A DNA stretch of 64,000 bases from Ignavibacteriales bacterium (GTDB taxonomy: Bacteria > Bacteroidota > Ignavibacteria > Ignavibacteriales > SURF-24): positions 1,990 to 65,989 of the forward strand of contig DATAKL010000009.1 of the NCBI GenBank assembly GCA_036261625.1, written 5' to 3'. The position numbers were made by a program, and so were the translations under genes. Every line of letters begins with the position of its first letter. Within the stretch, counting starts at the first letter, position 1. Shown in pieces: positions 18,285-25,951 of the stretch. The notes under the pieces were generated by a model. That model searched no databases, was not told the DNA's origin, and worked only from the letters and a program-made list of their open reading frames with translations.

Positions 18285-18854
18285 GTGCTTAGAGATTTAA
18301 TACTGAAAAACCGCACTTACAGAAGATTTTTTGAGGATGAGCCGGTAAGCCGCCAGACTTTAACTGAACTTGTTGACCTTGCCCGCATGTCGGCTTCATC
18401 CAGCAACCTGCAGCCCTTAAAATATATTCTCTCATGCGACACCCGGAAAAATGCTGAAATATTCCAATGCCTTGCCTGGGCCGGATACCTGAAAGACTGG
18501 CCGGGGCCCTCGGAAGGGGAAAGACCTTCAGCCTACATTGTAATGCTGGGCGACACCTCGATCAGCAGGAATTTCGGAAGCGATCAGGGCATTTCGGCCC
18601 AAAGCATACTCCTCGGGGCCACCGAAAGAGGCCTTGGCGGATGCATTATAGCTTCAGTCCAGAAGCAGAAACTGCGCGAGATACTGAACCTGTCCGAAGG
18701 CCTGGAAATCCTGCTCGTAATTGCCCTCGGCAAACCAAAGGAAAATGTTGTCCTGGAAGATCTGCCTCCTTCGGGCGACGTGCGTTACTGGAGAAGTGAA
18801 GACGGCACGCATCACGTTCCCAAACGGTCTCTCGGCGAGATCATAATCGGATAA
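18285..18854 (+). CDS. nitroreductase family protein
   Basis: 189 aa. N-terminal KNRTYRRF motif and the GGC..A pattern of the nitroreductase fold. GTG start with GGAGA 6 nt upstream. Confidence 0.75.
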   Translation: MLRDLILKNRTYRRFFEDEPVSRQTLTELVDLARMSASSSNLQPLKYILSCDTRKNAEIFQCLAWAGYLKDWPGPSEGERPSAYIVMLGDTSISRNFGSDQGISAQSILLGATERGLGGCIIASVQKQKLREILNLSEGLEILLVIALGKPKENVVLEDLPPSGDVRYWRSEDGTHHVPKRSLGEIIIG

Positions 18855-18916
18855 AACTTGGTTCACTTATAATTCATTTAACAACCAATTTCTTTTTTAA
18901 GAAAGTAAGCACTTTT

Positions 18917-20713
18917 ATGAAAAAATATATTCTGAAGTCAGAGCTCCTTTATGTTCTGATCTTATTAAACTTCCTTTTCTCAGGCATTTCCCAGGCACAG
19001 AGCCTGAAACTAAAACTGATTGAGACAAGCGACGTCCATGGAGCGGTTTTTCCCTATGACTTCCGCGATAACCGCGGCGCCCGCACATCTTTATCCCAGG
19101 TATACACCTATGTAAAAGAGGAAAGAAATAATAAGGATCAGGAAGTTGTCCTCCTTGATAACGGCGACATACTGCAGGGACAGCCTGTAGTCTATTACTA
19201 TAATTTTGAAAAGACCGGTGTGCCTCATATCTTATCTGAAGTTATGAACTTCATGCAGTACGACGCTGCCTCAGTCGGCAATCATGATATTGAAACCGGC
19301 CACCCGGTCTATGACCGTATAAATAAAGAGTTCAAGTTTCCCTGGATGGCTGCCAACGCTGTGGTAAAAAAAACAGGCAAACCCTACTTCAAACCCTACA
19401 CTATCATTAACAGAAAAGGCGTGAAGATTGCCGTTCTGGGCATGATTACTCCTGCTATACCGAACTGGCTGCCTGAGAAGATATGGGCCGGGATGGAATT
19501 TCTGGATATGATTGAAACCGCCAAAAAATGGGTTAAGATAATTAAAGAAAAGGAAAAGCCGGACGTTCTAATCGGACTCTTCCATGCAGGCGTGGAATGG
19601 AATTACAACGGCCAGACAGCCGATATGCCTAAAAATGAAAACGCCTCGGAGCTCGTTGCTGAAAAGGTTCCGGGTTTTGACGTCGTCTTTACGGGCCACG
19701 ACCATAAAATCTGGAATAAGAACGTTAAAAATCCCGATGGCGCTGATGTATTACTTCTGGGCCCCAATAACGACGCCCGTACCGCTGCCGAGGCAAGCCT
19801 TACTCTTAACTACGACAAGACTTCCAAGAGCTGGAAAAAAGAGACTGCCAAAGGGAACATCATTGAAATTAAGAACTATCAGCCCGATGAAGAGTTCATG
19901 AAGAAGTTCACCCCTGCAATGGAAGAGGTTAAGACATACGTTGCAAAACCGATCGGGAATTTTACCGAGACAATTTCAACACGGGAATCGATGTTCGGCG
20001 ACTCCAAGTTTATGGATCTTATTCATGCCATTCAGCTCGATTTGACAAAAGCCGACGTTTCCTTTGCCGCACCCCTTTCCTTCGATACAAAAATTGATAA
20101 AGGGGAAATTTACGTGCGCGACATGTTTAAGCTCTATAAGTATGAAAACCTGCTTTATACGATGAAATTAAAAGGAAGTGAAATCAAGGGTTTCCTTGAG
20201 CATTCATACGCCCTGTGGTTTAACCGGATGACCGACAGCTCCAGCCATCTTATTAACTTTAAGACGGATAAAAACGGAAATCCCGTTAAGAACGCCAGGA
20301 ACAACATTTATGAACTGAAGGCCCCGTACTACAATTTCGACTGTGCCGCGGGGATTAAGTATACCGTGGACGTCTCGAAGCCTGAAGGTGAGAGGGTGAA
20401 TATTATTTCCATGGCTGACGGAAGCCCGTTCGACATGAATAAGACCTACAAAGCGGCTGTCAATTCCTACAGGGGCAACGGCGGCGGCGGCCACTTAGTA
20501 GAAGGAGCTAAGATCCCGAAGGATGAGCTTCCCAATAGGATCATCAACTCAACGGAGAAAGATCTCAGGTATTATCTCATGAAATGGATTGAAAAGGAGA
20601 AGACCGTAACCCCCAAAGCTTTCGGCAACTGGAAAGTAATTCCTGAGGATTGGTATCTGAAAGGAAAGGAAAAAGATTACCCTCTGCTTTACAGCAGCCG
20701 TCATTCAGATTAA
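18917..20713 (+). CDS. bifunctional metallophosphatase/5'-nucleotidase (UshA-like), secreted
   Basis: Signal peptide. Calcineurin-like motifs TSDVHG, DNGDILQG, GNHD and GHDH, plus a C-terminal 5'-nucleotidase domain. Confidence 0.85.
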   Translation: MKKYILKSELLYVLILLNFLFSGISQAQSLKLKLIETSDVHGAVFPYDFRDNRGARTSLSQVYTYVKEERNNKDQEVVLLDNGDILQGQPVVYYYNFEKTGVPHILSEVMNFMQYDAASVGNHDIETGHPVYDRINKEFKFPWMAANAVVKKTGKPYFKPYTIINRKGVKIAVLGMITPAIPNWLPEKIWAGMEFLDMIETAKKWVKIIKEKEKPDVLIGLFHAGVEWNYNGQTADMPKNENASELVAEKVPGFDVVFTGHDHKIWNKNVKNPDGADVLLLGPNNDARTAAEASLTLNYDKTSKSWKKETAKGNIIEIKNYQPDEEFMKKFTPAMEEVKTYVAKPIGNFTETISTRESMFGDSKFMDLIHAIQLDLTKADVSFAAPLSFDTKIDKGEIYVRDMFKLYKYENLLYTMKLKGSEIKGFLEHSYALWFNRMTDSSSHLINFKTDKNGNPVKNARNNIYELKAPYYNFDCAAGIKYTVDVSKPEGERVNIISMADGSPFDMNKTYKAAVNSYRGNGGGGHLVEGAKIPKDELPNRIINSTEKDLRYYLMKWIEKEKTVTPKAFGNWKVIPEDWYLKGKEKDYPLLYSSRHSD

Positions 20714-20738
20714 ATAGCCCGGGTAAAATTTTATAAAA

Positions 20739-20771
20739 GGCAGTCTGCTAATATTGCAGACTGCCTTTTTT
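20739..20771 (+). terminator. canonical intrinsic terminator of the 5'-nucleotidase gene
   Basis: GGCAGTCTGC-taatatt-GCAGACTGCC followed by TTTTTT. Confidence 0.85.
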
Positions 20772-20779
20772 GTTTAGTT

Positions 20780-20922
20780 GAATAGCCACGGCCTTTTAGG
20801 CCGTGGTTTAATGATTCCAAAAATATTTGGGCTTTAGCCCCCGATCCTATATCCGAAATCTGGGACTAAAGTCCCAGGTCTGTTTTGGGCATTTTTCCAC
20901 GACCTGAAGGTCGTGGCTATTC
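20780..20922. repeat. 143-bp multi-hairpin element with terminal inverted repeats
   Basis: TIR GAATAGCCACGGCC (20780-) vs GGTCGTGGCTATTC (-20922). Four internal hairpins: CCACGGCC-tttta-GGCCGTGG, GGGC-ttta-GCCC, CTGGGAC-taaa-GTCCCAG and CCACGACC-tgaa-GGTCGTGG. Confidence 0.8.
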
Positions 20923-21052
20923 ATGGAAATTTCGCTGCATTTTAACCCAATGCACCCTCTTTAGGGACTCATTTTTCCCGTTTTGTTTACCCCTTAAATC
21001 AGTACATTTTAAAGAAGACACGTTGTATATAAAACAAAGAAGGATAAAAAAT

Positions 21053-21763
21053 ATGCGTATAATTGGCAGATTATTATTTGCTATTTTTGTTTCATTCTCT
21101 GTTGTATCTTTTGTAAATGCACAGACGACTGACACAACCAGGAATAACGGCAGTATAAATAGCGGAACAAATAATAACCCGGACGCAACTGGCGGCGCCG
21201 TGCACACCCCTAACCAGAATCCGCCGGCTTCCGGCAGCTCTACTACACCCGGGACAAATAATCCAGGCACAACTGCTCCGGGTGCACCTGGCACTACTGC
21301 TCCGGGTTCTACAATACCTGCACCGGGATCAGTTCCTGCACCGGGATCAGTTCCTGCACCCGGATCCATTACAGCCGCTTCCGGCTCGGCTGCAGCTGAA
21401 GTTGAACAGGCAAGCAATGATTTCATGCAGGCTATTAACCGCGGCGATGCCGCTGCAGCAGCAGGATTCTATGCTGACGATGCTTTTCTTATGCCACCAG
21501 ATATAGATATGATTCAGGGTGCTAACGGTATTAAGAACTTCTGGGCTAAAGTTATATCCGTAGGAGGCAAGTTCGATACACTGACAACTTCCAAAGTTAA
21601 TGTAAACAATACAACAGTTGATGAAATAGGGCGTTATTTCCTCACCATCAACAGACCGGGGCTGGCTCCGGCGCAGGAAACGGGTAAATTTGTTTTCGTC
21701 TGGAAACGTCAGCCCGACGATACATGGAAGATCGTCACACACATGTGGAACAGAAACAAGTAG
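21053..21763 (+). CDS. secreted protein: Pro/Gly/Thr/Ala-rich linker plus C-terminal SnoaL/DUF4440-like domain
   Basis: ATG 21053 (MRIIGRLLFAIFVSFSVVSFVNAQ signal peptide) preferred, because the ORF-track start lies inside the repeat element. The C-terminus ...FVFVWKRQPDDTWKIVTHMWN is typical of DUF4440. Confidence 0.6.
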   Translation: MRIIGRLLFAIFVSFSVVSFVNAQTTDTTRNNGSINSGTNNNPDATGGAVHTPNQNPPASGSSTTPGTNNPGTTAPGAPGTTAPGSTIPAPGSVPAPGSVPAPGSITAASGSAAAEVEQASNDFMQAINRGDAAAAAGFYADDAFLMPPDIDMIQGANGIKNFWAKVISVGGKFDTLTTSKVNVNNTTVDEIGRYFLTINRPGLAPAQETGKFVFVWKRQPDDTWKIVTHMWNRNK

Positions 21764-21782
21764 TAAAACAGATCTCTTTTAT

Positions 21783-21815
21783 TTAAGGGGATGAAGCACT
21801 TGCATCATCCCCTTA
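21783..21815. terminator. bidirectional hairpin between convergent genes
   Basis: TTAAGGGGATG ... CATCCCCTTAA, an 11-bp stem lying between the stop at 21763 (+) and the stop at 21826 (-). Confidence 0.6.
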
Positions 21816-21825
21816 ACTTTACCTG

Positions 21826-22518
21826 TCATTCTTCTGTGAATAAAATGCTTCCCCCGTCTAAAAGAGGTCCATCGTAAAGCTCAAGAGTCTCATAGCCGTT
21901 TTTATTCAGGAACGATCTTATTTCATCCCCCTGGGGATGATATTTCAGGCTCCCGCAGAGAAAAACCGTATTATCCATTACTCCGCAGGCGCCGCCGAAA
22001 AAACCGTGCCTGAAGCCCGGAAGCACAACGCTTTCAGAGGAAACATAAAGAACTTCCAGTCCCGTTTCTTTTAACTTCTTATAAATCCCTTCGTCAGAAG
22101 TAATAAAACTGTCTGTCTTCAAAGGCAGCAGGCTGCAGCGGCAGTAGCCCTGACCGACATGAATTGTCTGTTTTTCTTTGGAATACTCCAGAATCTTTCT
22201 TTCCGTAATATCCAGTCGGTGAATAAGGAAATTCCGGCTCACTGAGGCGTTGTAGCGTGCCGAATCCGGATACTTCATTCCTACGGGAGACGTTCCTTTA
22301 ATATAGCTTATCTTTTTTTCATCCAGCACTCTGAAGTATTCAGCCGGGATGTTGGGTGAAGCAATAAGATGAGATGAACTCAGGAAGAAAAATATGTCGG
22401 GATGGCCTGAAATTGCCTCATATGTTATTCCTGAAGTTGCAAATTCAAGCACTTCACCGTAGTATGCAAGAGTCTCCTTAGCCTTTTCGGGCATTTTCCT
22501 GTCAATTATAATCTGCAC
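21826..22518 (-). CDS. hypothetical protein, translationally coupled to the radical SAM gene
   Basis: 230-aa ORF whose start overlaps the upstream radical SAM gene by 17 nt. No motif I can name with confidence. Confidence 0.5.
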   Translation of the reverse strand: MQIIIDRKMPEKAKETLAYYGEVLEFATSGITYEAISGHPDIFFFLSSSHLIASPNIPAEYFRVLDEKKISYIKGTSPVGMKYPDSARYNASVSRNFLIHRLDITERKILEYSKEKQTIHVGQGYCRCSLLPLKTDSFITSDEGIYKKLKETGLEVLYVSSESVVLPGFRHGFFGGACGVMDNTVFLCGSLKYHPQGDEIRSFLNKNGYETLELYDGPLLDGGSILFTEE

Positions 22519-23518
22519 GGAACTGCCTTTCCTCCAGCGAGGGATCGCTAATAAACCTGACTTTATGGAAATTCACCAAAAGCTCTTTTTTGTTGCGCCC
22601 GTTATAGCCCACTGCATAATTAAATTCCGAAGGGGGGACTGAAATGGTAAGGACTTTTCCTTTTTTAGTGCTTAAGGGCTTCAGTATCTCATTCCAGATT
22701 TCAGTTGCGACCAGCTCCCGGAAGGATACGTGATAAGGTCCTGCCGCAAGATCCTCACCCGAAAGAAGCCCTTCGGAAGGGTGGAGCCCCATGCGTATTA
22801 TACTGACACGGGCCTCTTCAAAAATTTTCGTGACCTCTTTTGCCTGACTGACGGCTTCACCGAGTTCGAGAGGCCTGTATTTGCCCGATAAGTACAAACT
22901 GTGAAGTTTTGTTCCTTTTATTACAAGCGTGGGATAGACTCTTGTATTACCGGCTCCCAGTTCCACAATCCGCCTTGCCGTAAAGACCGATTTTTCAGGC
23001 GTGTCGCCCGGAAGCCCCAGCATCATCTGCAGCCCCAGTGAAAAACCGTCCTGAATGATAAGGCGCGAGGCTTCTTCAATATCTTCCGTCTTGTGGCCGC
23101 GCCCCGAGAGCCTTAAGACATCCGGGTCCAGCGACTGTGCCCCAAGTTCTATGGAGCTTACGCCGTAATGTTTCAGCATATGGAGCTTTTCAGGTGAAAT
23201 GTAATCCGGACGCGTGGAAAGCCTGATGCCGTGGATCCTTCCTGCGGAAAGATAATCCGCTGCAGCACCCAGATACATCTCCTGAATGAGGGGATCTATT
23301 CCCGTAAAGTTTCCCCCGAAGAAACCTATTTCAATATGGCTCCCAGCCTTAGGAATTGTATTAAGATGCTCCTCTATGGTTATCCTTACTTCCTTTAGAT
23401 CGGGGCTTTCCTCATGCCCCGAGATTTTCCTCTGATCGCAGAAGACACACTGGAAAGGGCAGGCAAGCTCCGGAACAAATACCGGTATGGTGTAATGTTT
23501 TATTTTATCTGAACTCAT
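22502..23518 (-). CDS. radical SAM protein, ELP3-like (COG1243-type) without acetyltransferase domain
   Basis: CPFQCVFCDQ (CxxxCxxC) near the N-terminus, in the context HYTIPVFVPELACPF typical of ELP3-like radical SAM enzymes. Confidence 0.8.
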   Translation of the reverse strand: MSSDKIKHYTIPVFVPELACPFQCVFCDQRKISGHEESPDLKEVRITIEEHLNTIPKAGSHIEIGFFGGNFTGIDPLIQEMYLGAAADYLSAGRIHGIRLSTRPDYISPEKLHMLKHYGVSSIELGAQSLDPDVLRLSGRGHKTEDIEEASRLIIQDGFSLGLQMMLGLPGDTPEKSVFTARRIVELGAGNTRVYPTLVIKGTKLHSLYLSGKYRPLELGEAVSQAKEVTKIFEEARVSIIRMGLHPSEGLLSGEDLAAGPYHVSFRELVATEIWNEILKPLSTKKGKVLTISVPPSEFNYAVGYNGRNKKELLVNFHKVRFISDPSLEERQFRADYN

Positions 23519-23794
23519 CGTTGAATGCCGGCTTACTTACCGGATTATTCCTTTACTTAAATGATTATACTTTGTAATTTCCGGCTGAAACATACAAAGT
23601 TTGCATAAATAATTCACCACAGGCTTCCGCCCCTTTTTAAGGGCGCACGACAGACAGTAAAGAGCTTTTTTTATCGGCTAAAAATGGATTTACTCTTATC
23701 CTGAATTTTCTTAGTATAAATGAAGATACATTATGTTTGAAGAGGGTGTCAAATATTCCAGCACAATATTTATTAACTCTTTTTAGAAGGCAAA

Positions 23795-24229
23795 ATGTTT
23801 AAGAAGCTTTTATTTCCCGTTTTTTTTATTTCAATAATTCTGCTTTCCGGCTGCCGCGAAAAACTCAACCTTACCGACCCCGGGCCGGCGGAAAATCTTC
23901 TGATTTCAAGCACTGATGCGCCGAATGTCCTCTATATGAAAACACCTGCAGGAGGAGAAGTAATGCAAAAAGGGTCCCGGTTCAGCATCAGCTGGTTTGT
24001 ATCGCCTGCAGTAAAAACCGTTTCGCTGACACTCTTCAGAAAGACTGAAGAGATTACAGGAATCTCCGGGGCCACGGAAAATGACGGGACATTCAACTGG
24101 AAGATCCCGACCAATATTCCCGCCTCAGTGCATTACAGGATAAGACTGAGCAACACGATGAGTCCCGACGAGTACATTTTCAGTGAATACTTTACGATAG
24201 CTTCCTCTGATACGATGCAGGCTTTTTAA
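23795..24229 (+). CDS. small lipoprotein, function unknown
   Basis: 144 aa. Signal peptide with lipobox ILLSGC, and a beta-rich body. Confidence 0.55.
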   Translation: MFKKLLFPVFFISIILLSGCREKLNLTDPGPAENLLISSTDAPNVLYMKTPAGGEVMQKGSRFSISWFVSPAVKTVSLTLFRKTEEITGISGATENDGTFNWKIPTNIPASVHYRIRLSNTMSPDEYIFSEYFTIASSDTMQAF

Positions 24230-24262
24230 GACTCCCGGAAATTTCCAGCGCTGAAAAACCTG

Positions 24263-25408
24263 TTATTCAAATTTGAGGCGGAAGTTTACCACCTCGGGAG
24301 TATTGCCCGTTCTTATCGGGGGTCCCCAGCCTCCGAAGCCGCTTGAAACGTAATAGTTTGTATTTCCTTTTTTCTTATAGCCCCAGCTGAGTTCGTAGAC
24401 CCTGTTTGTTATAAAATTAAAAGGCCAGAGCTGTCCGTGATGCGTATGGCCCGAGATCTGAAGGTCCACGCCGTTATCCTCCGCCTCCTGAAGGTCAAAA
24501 GGCTGATGATCCATCATAATTACCGGTTTTGTTTTATCCACCTGAAGCATCAGTTCCTGTAGAGATTTTCTTTTCTTGATCTGATTAACCGAGCGGTCGT
24601 CGCGCCCAATGAGATAAACTCCGCCTTCAAGCACTACAACCGAATCTCTCAGCATTGTAATTCCATGGTCTGTAAGGTACTGTGTAGCCGCCTGAATTCC
24701 CCCGAAAAACTCGTGATTGCCCGGCACGGCAAATATTCCGTAGCGGGATTTAATTTTTCTTAAGGTTTCACCCAGATTTTTCTTTATTACGGGGCCCAGA
24801 TCCTCATCCACAATATCCCCGGGGAGCAGAACCACGTCGGGATCAAGATCATTTATTTTCTGAACCAGACTGTCGAGGCGCGAGTTGCCGACAAGAGTGC
24901 CTAAATGTATATCGGAAGCAGCAACAATGTTTAGCGATTTTACCGGGTTTGTCTTTTTATTTATTGCCAGCTCCAGCACCTTAAGCCTGGGGTGAACCGC
25001 ATTGATCCTCCCGAAGATAACTGTAAGGGCTACAATTGCCAGGACTGCAACTCCGGTATAGTACTTAGCCCTCGTGTAATCTTTTGTTATAAAGGCAGGG
25101 AAGAATCCTGTAAAATGGTTCGCAAGGCGGAGAATGTCCAGTAAAACAACGGCAAATAAAAAGTAGACCATAGCCGCCAGCCAGAAAGCGCCGATCCACA
25201 TTAAGGGATCGCTTACAGCGTAGAACGCCTTTTTTTCGAGCCATCTTGCCGCAAAATAAGAAAGCGCCAGAAAAAGAAAAATAATGAGATAATAGGCTCT
25301 TACCGGTGAGCCTTTAGGGATCGCCTGCCAGCCGCGGATAAATATATAATAGTTAATGAGTCCGTATAAGAGCAGTACGATGGAAAAAAATATAATGAAA
25401 TTCTTCAT
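24263..25408 (-). CDS. membrane-anchored metallophosphoesterase (YkuE-like)
   Basis: Four or more N-terminal TM helices, then motifs SDIHLG, GDIVD, GNHE and GHTHHG. Confidence 0.85.
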   Translation of the reverse strand: MKNFIIFFSIVLLLYGLINYYIFIRGWQAIPKGSPVRAYYLIIFLFLALSYFAARWLEKKAFYAVSDPLMWIGAFWLAAMVYFLFAVVLLDILRLANHFTGFFPAFITKDYTRAKYYTGVAVLAIVALTVIFGRINAVHPRLKVLELAINKKTNPVKSLNIVAASDIHLGTLVGNSRLDSLVQKINDLDPDVVLLPGDIVDEDLGPVIKKNLGETLRKIKSRYGIFAVPGNHEFFGGIQAATQYLTDHGITMLRDSVVVLEGGVYLIGRDDRSVNQIKKRKSLQELMLQVDKTKPVIMMDHQPFDLQEAEDNGVDLQISGHTHHGQLWPFNFITNRVYELSWGYKKKGNTNYYVSSGFGGWGPPIRTGNTPEVVNFRLKFE

Positions 25409-25438
25409 AACTAATTCAATTTTACTGTTAAATAAAAA

Positions 25439-25460
25439 GAAAACCGGAAGACCGGTTTTC
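25439..25460 (-). terminator. hairpin with T-run on the minus strand
   Basis: GAAAACCGG-aaga-CCGGTTTTC. On the minus strand it is followed by TTTTTA. Confidence 0.45.
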
Positions 25461-25580
25461 TTAAAAATATAGATAATTACTCCTCAAGTTGCCAGGTGCA
25501 AAAGCCGGGGTATTATTTTCTTTGCCCGGATCAAATTTTAAGTATCAGCCTAACAATTTATAAATCGGATGTCTTCAGAT

Positions 25581-25897
25581 GCCGCGGTCAGCGGCATAGT
25601 GTCGATAGCCCCGGGTGACGGAATTCGCCTTTGGCGAATGACCGAACCCGGGGTTATGGATAAAAAAATTTTCGGAGCCGCGGTCAGCCGCGACATGTTC
25701 CGATTGCACAACGGATACGTTTTAATGAAATTAAATTGTCGCTTATTTTTGTTGGGAATTTCCATAACGGGTTCCCCCCCATACGAAAAATGGCGCGGCT
25801 GACCGCTGCGCTTGGGGATTGTGGGGGGATTCCGTGATCCCGGGGTTCAGTCGCCCCTCTGGGGCTTCTTCACCCTGGGCTATCGACACCAAGCCGC
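25581..25897. repeat. 317-bp composite palindromic hairpin element (copy R3)
   Basis: Terminal inverted repeats GCCGCGGTCAGCGGCATAGTGTCGATAGCCCC (25581-) vs GGGCTATCGACACCAAGCCGCTGACCGCGGC (-25897). The right arm 25794-25897 is a full unit. The left arm is an inverted, diverged unit. Confidence 0.85.
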
Positions 25898-25951
25898 TGA
25901 CCGCGGCTTTAAGACAATATAAATATTAAATTGATACCTAAATCCTGAAAT

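Noticed and set aside
20885-21052. N-terminal 56-aa extension of the SnoaL-like gene
   Set aside because: The extension starts inside the 20780-22 hairpin element. The ATG at 21053 gives a clean signal peptide.
21317-21370. In-frame 18-bp tandem repeats: CCTGCACCGGGATCAGTT x3 here, and GGACGCCAGGAAACCACA x2 at 31132-31167 in the PspC gene
   Set aside because: Both fall in low-complexity linkers (APGSVP and GRQETT repeats). They are plausible slippage products with no evidence of phase variation, since they stay in frame and involve no homopolymer tract.
25550-25802. ORFs 25550-25765 (minus) and 25569-25802 (plus)
   Set aside because: Same situation inside repeat R3. The frames are mirror images and no coding signal is visible.
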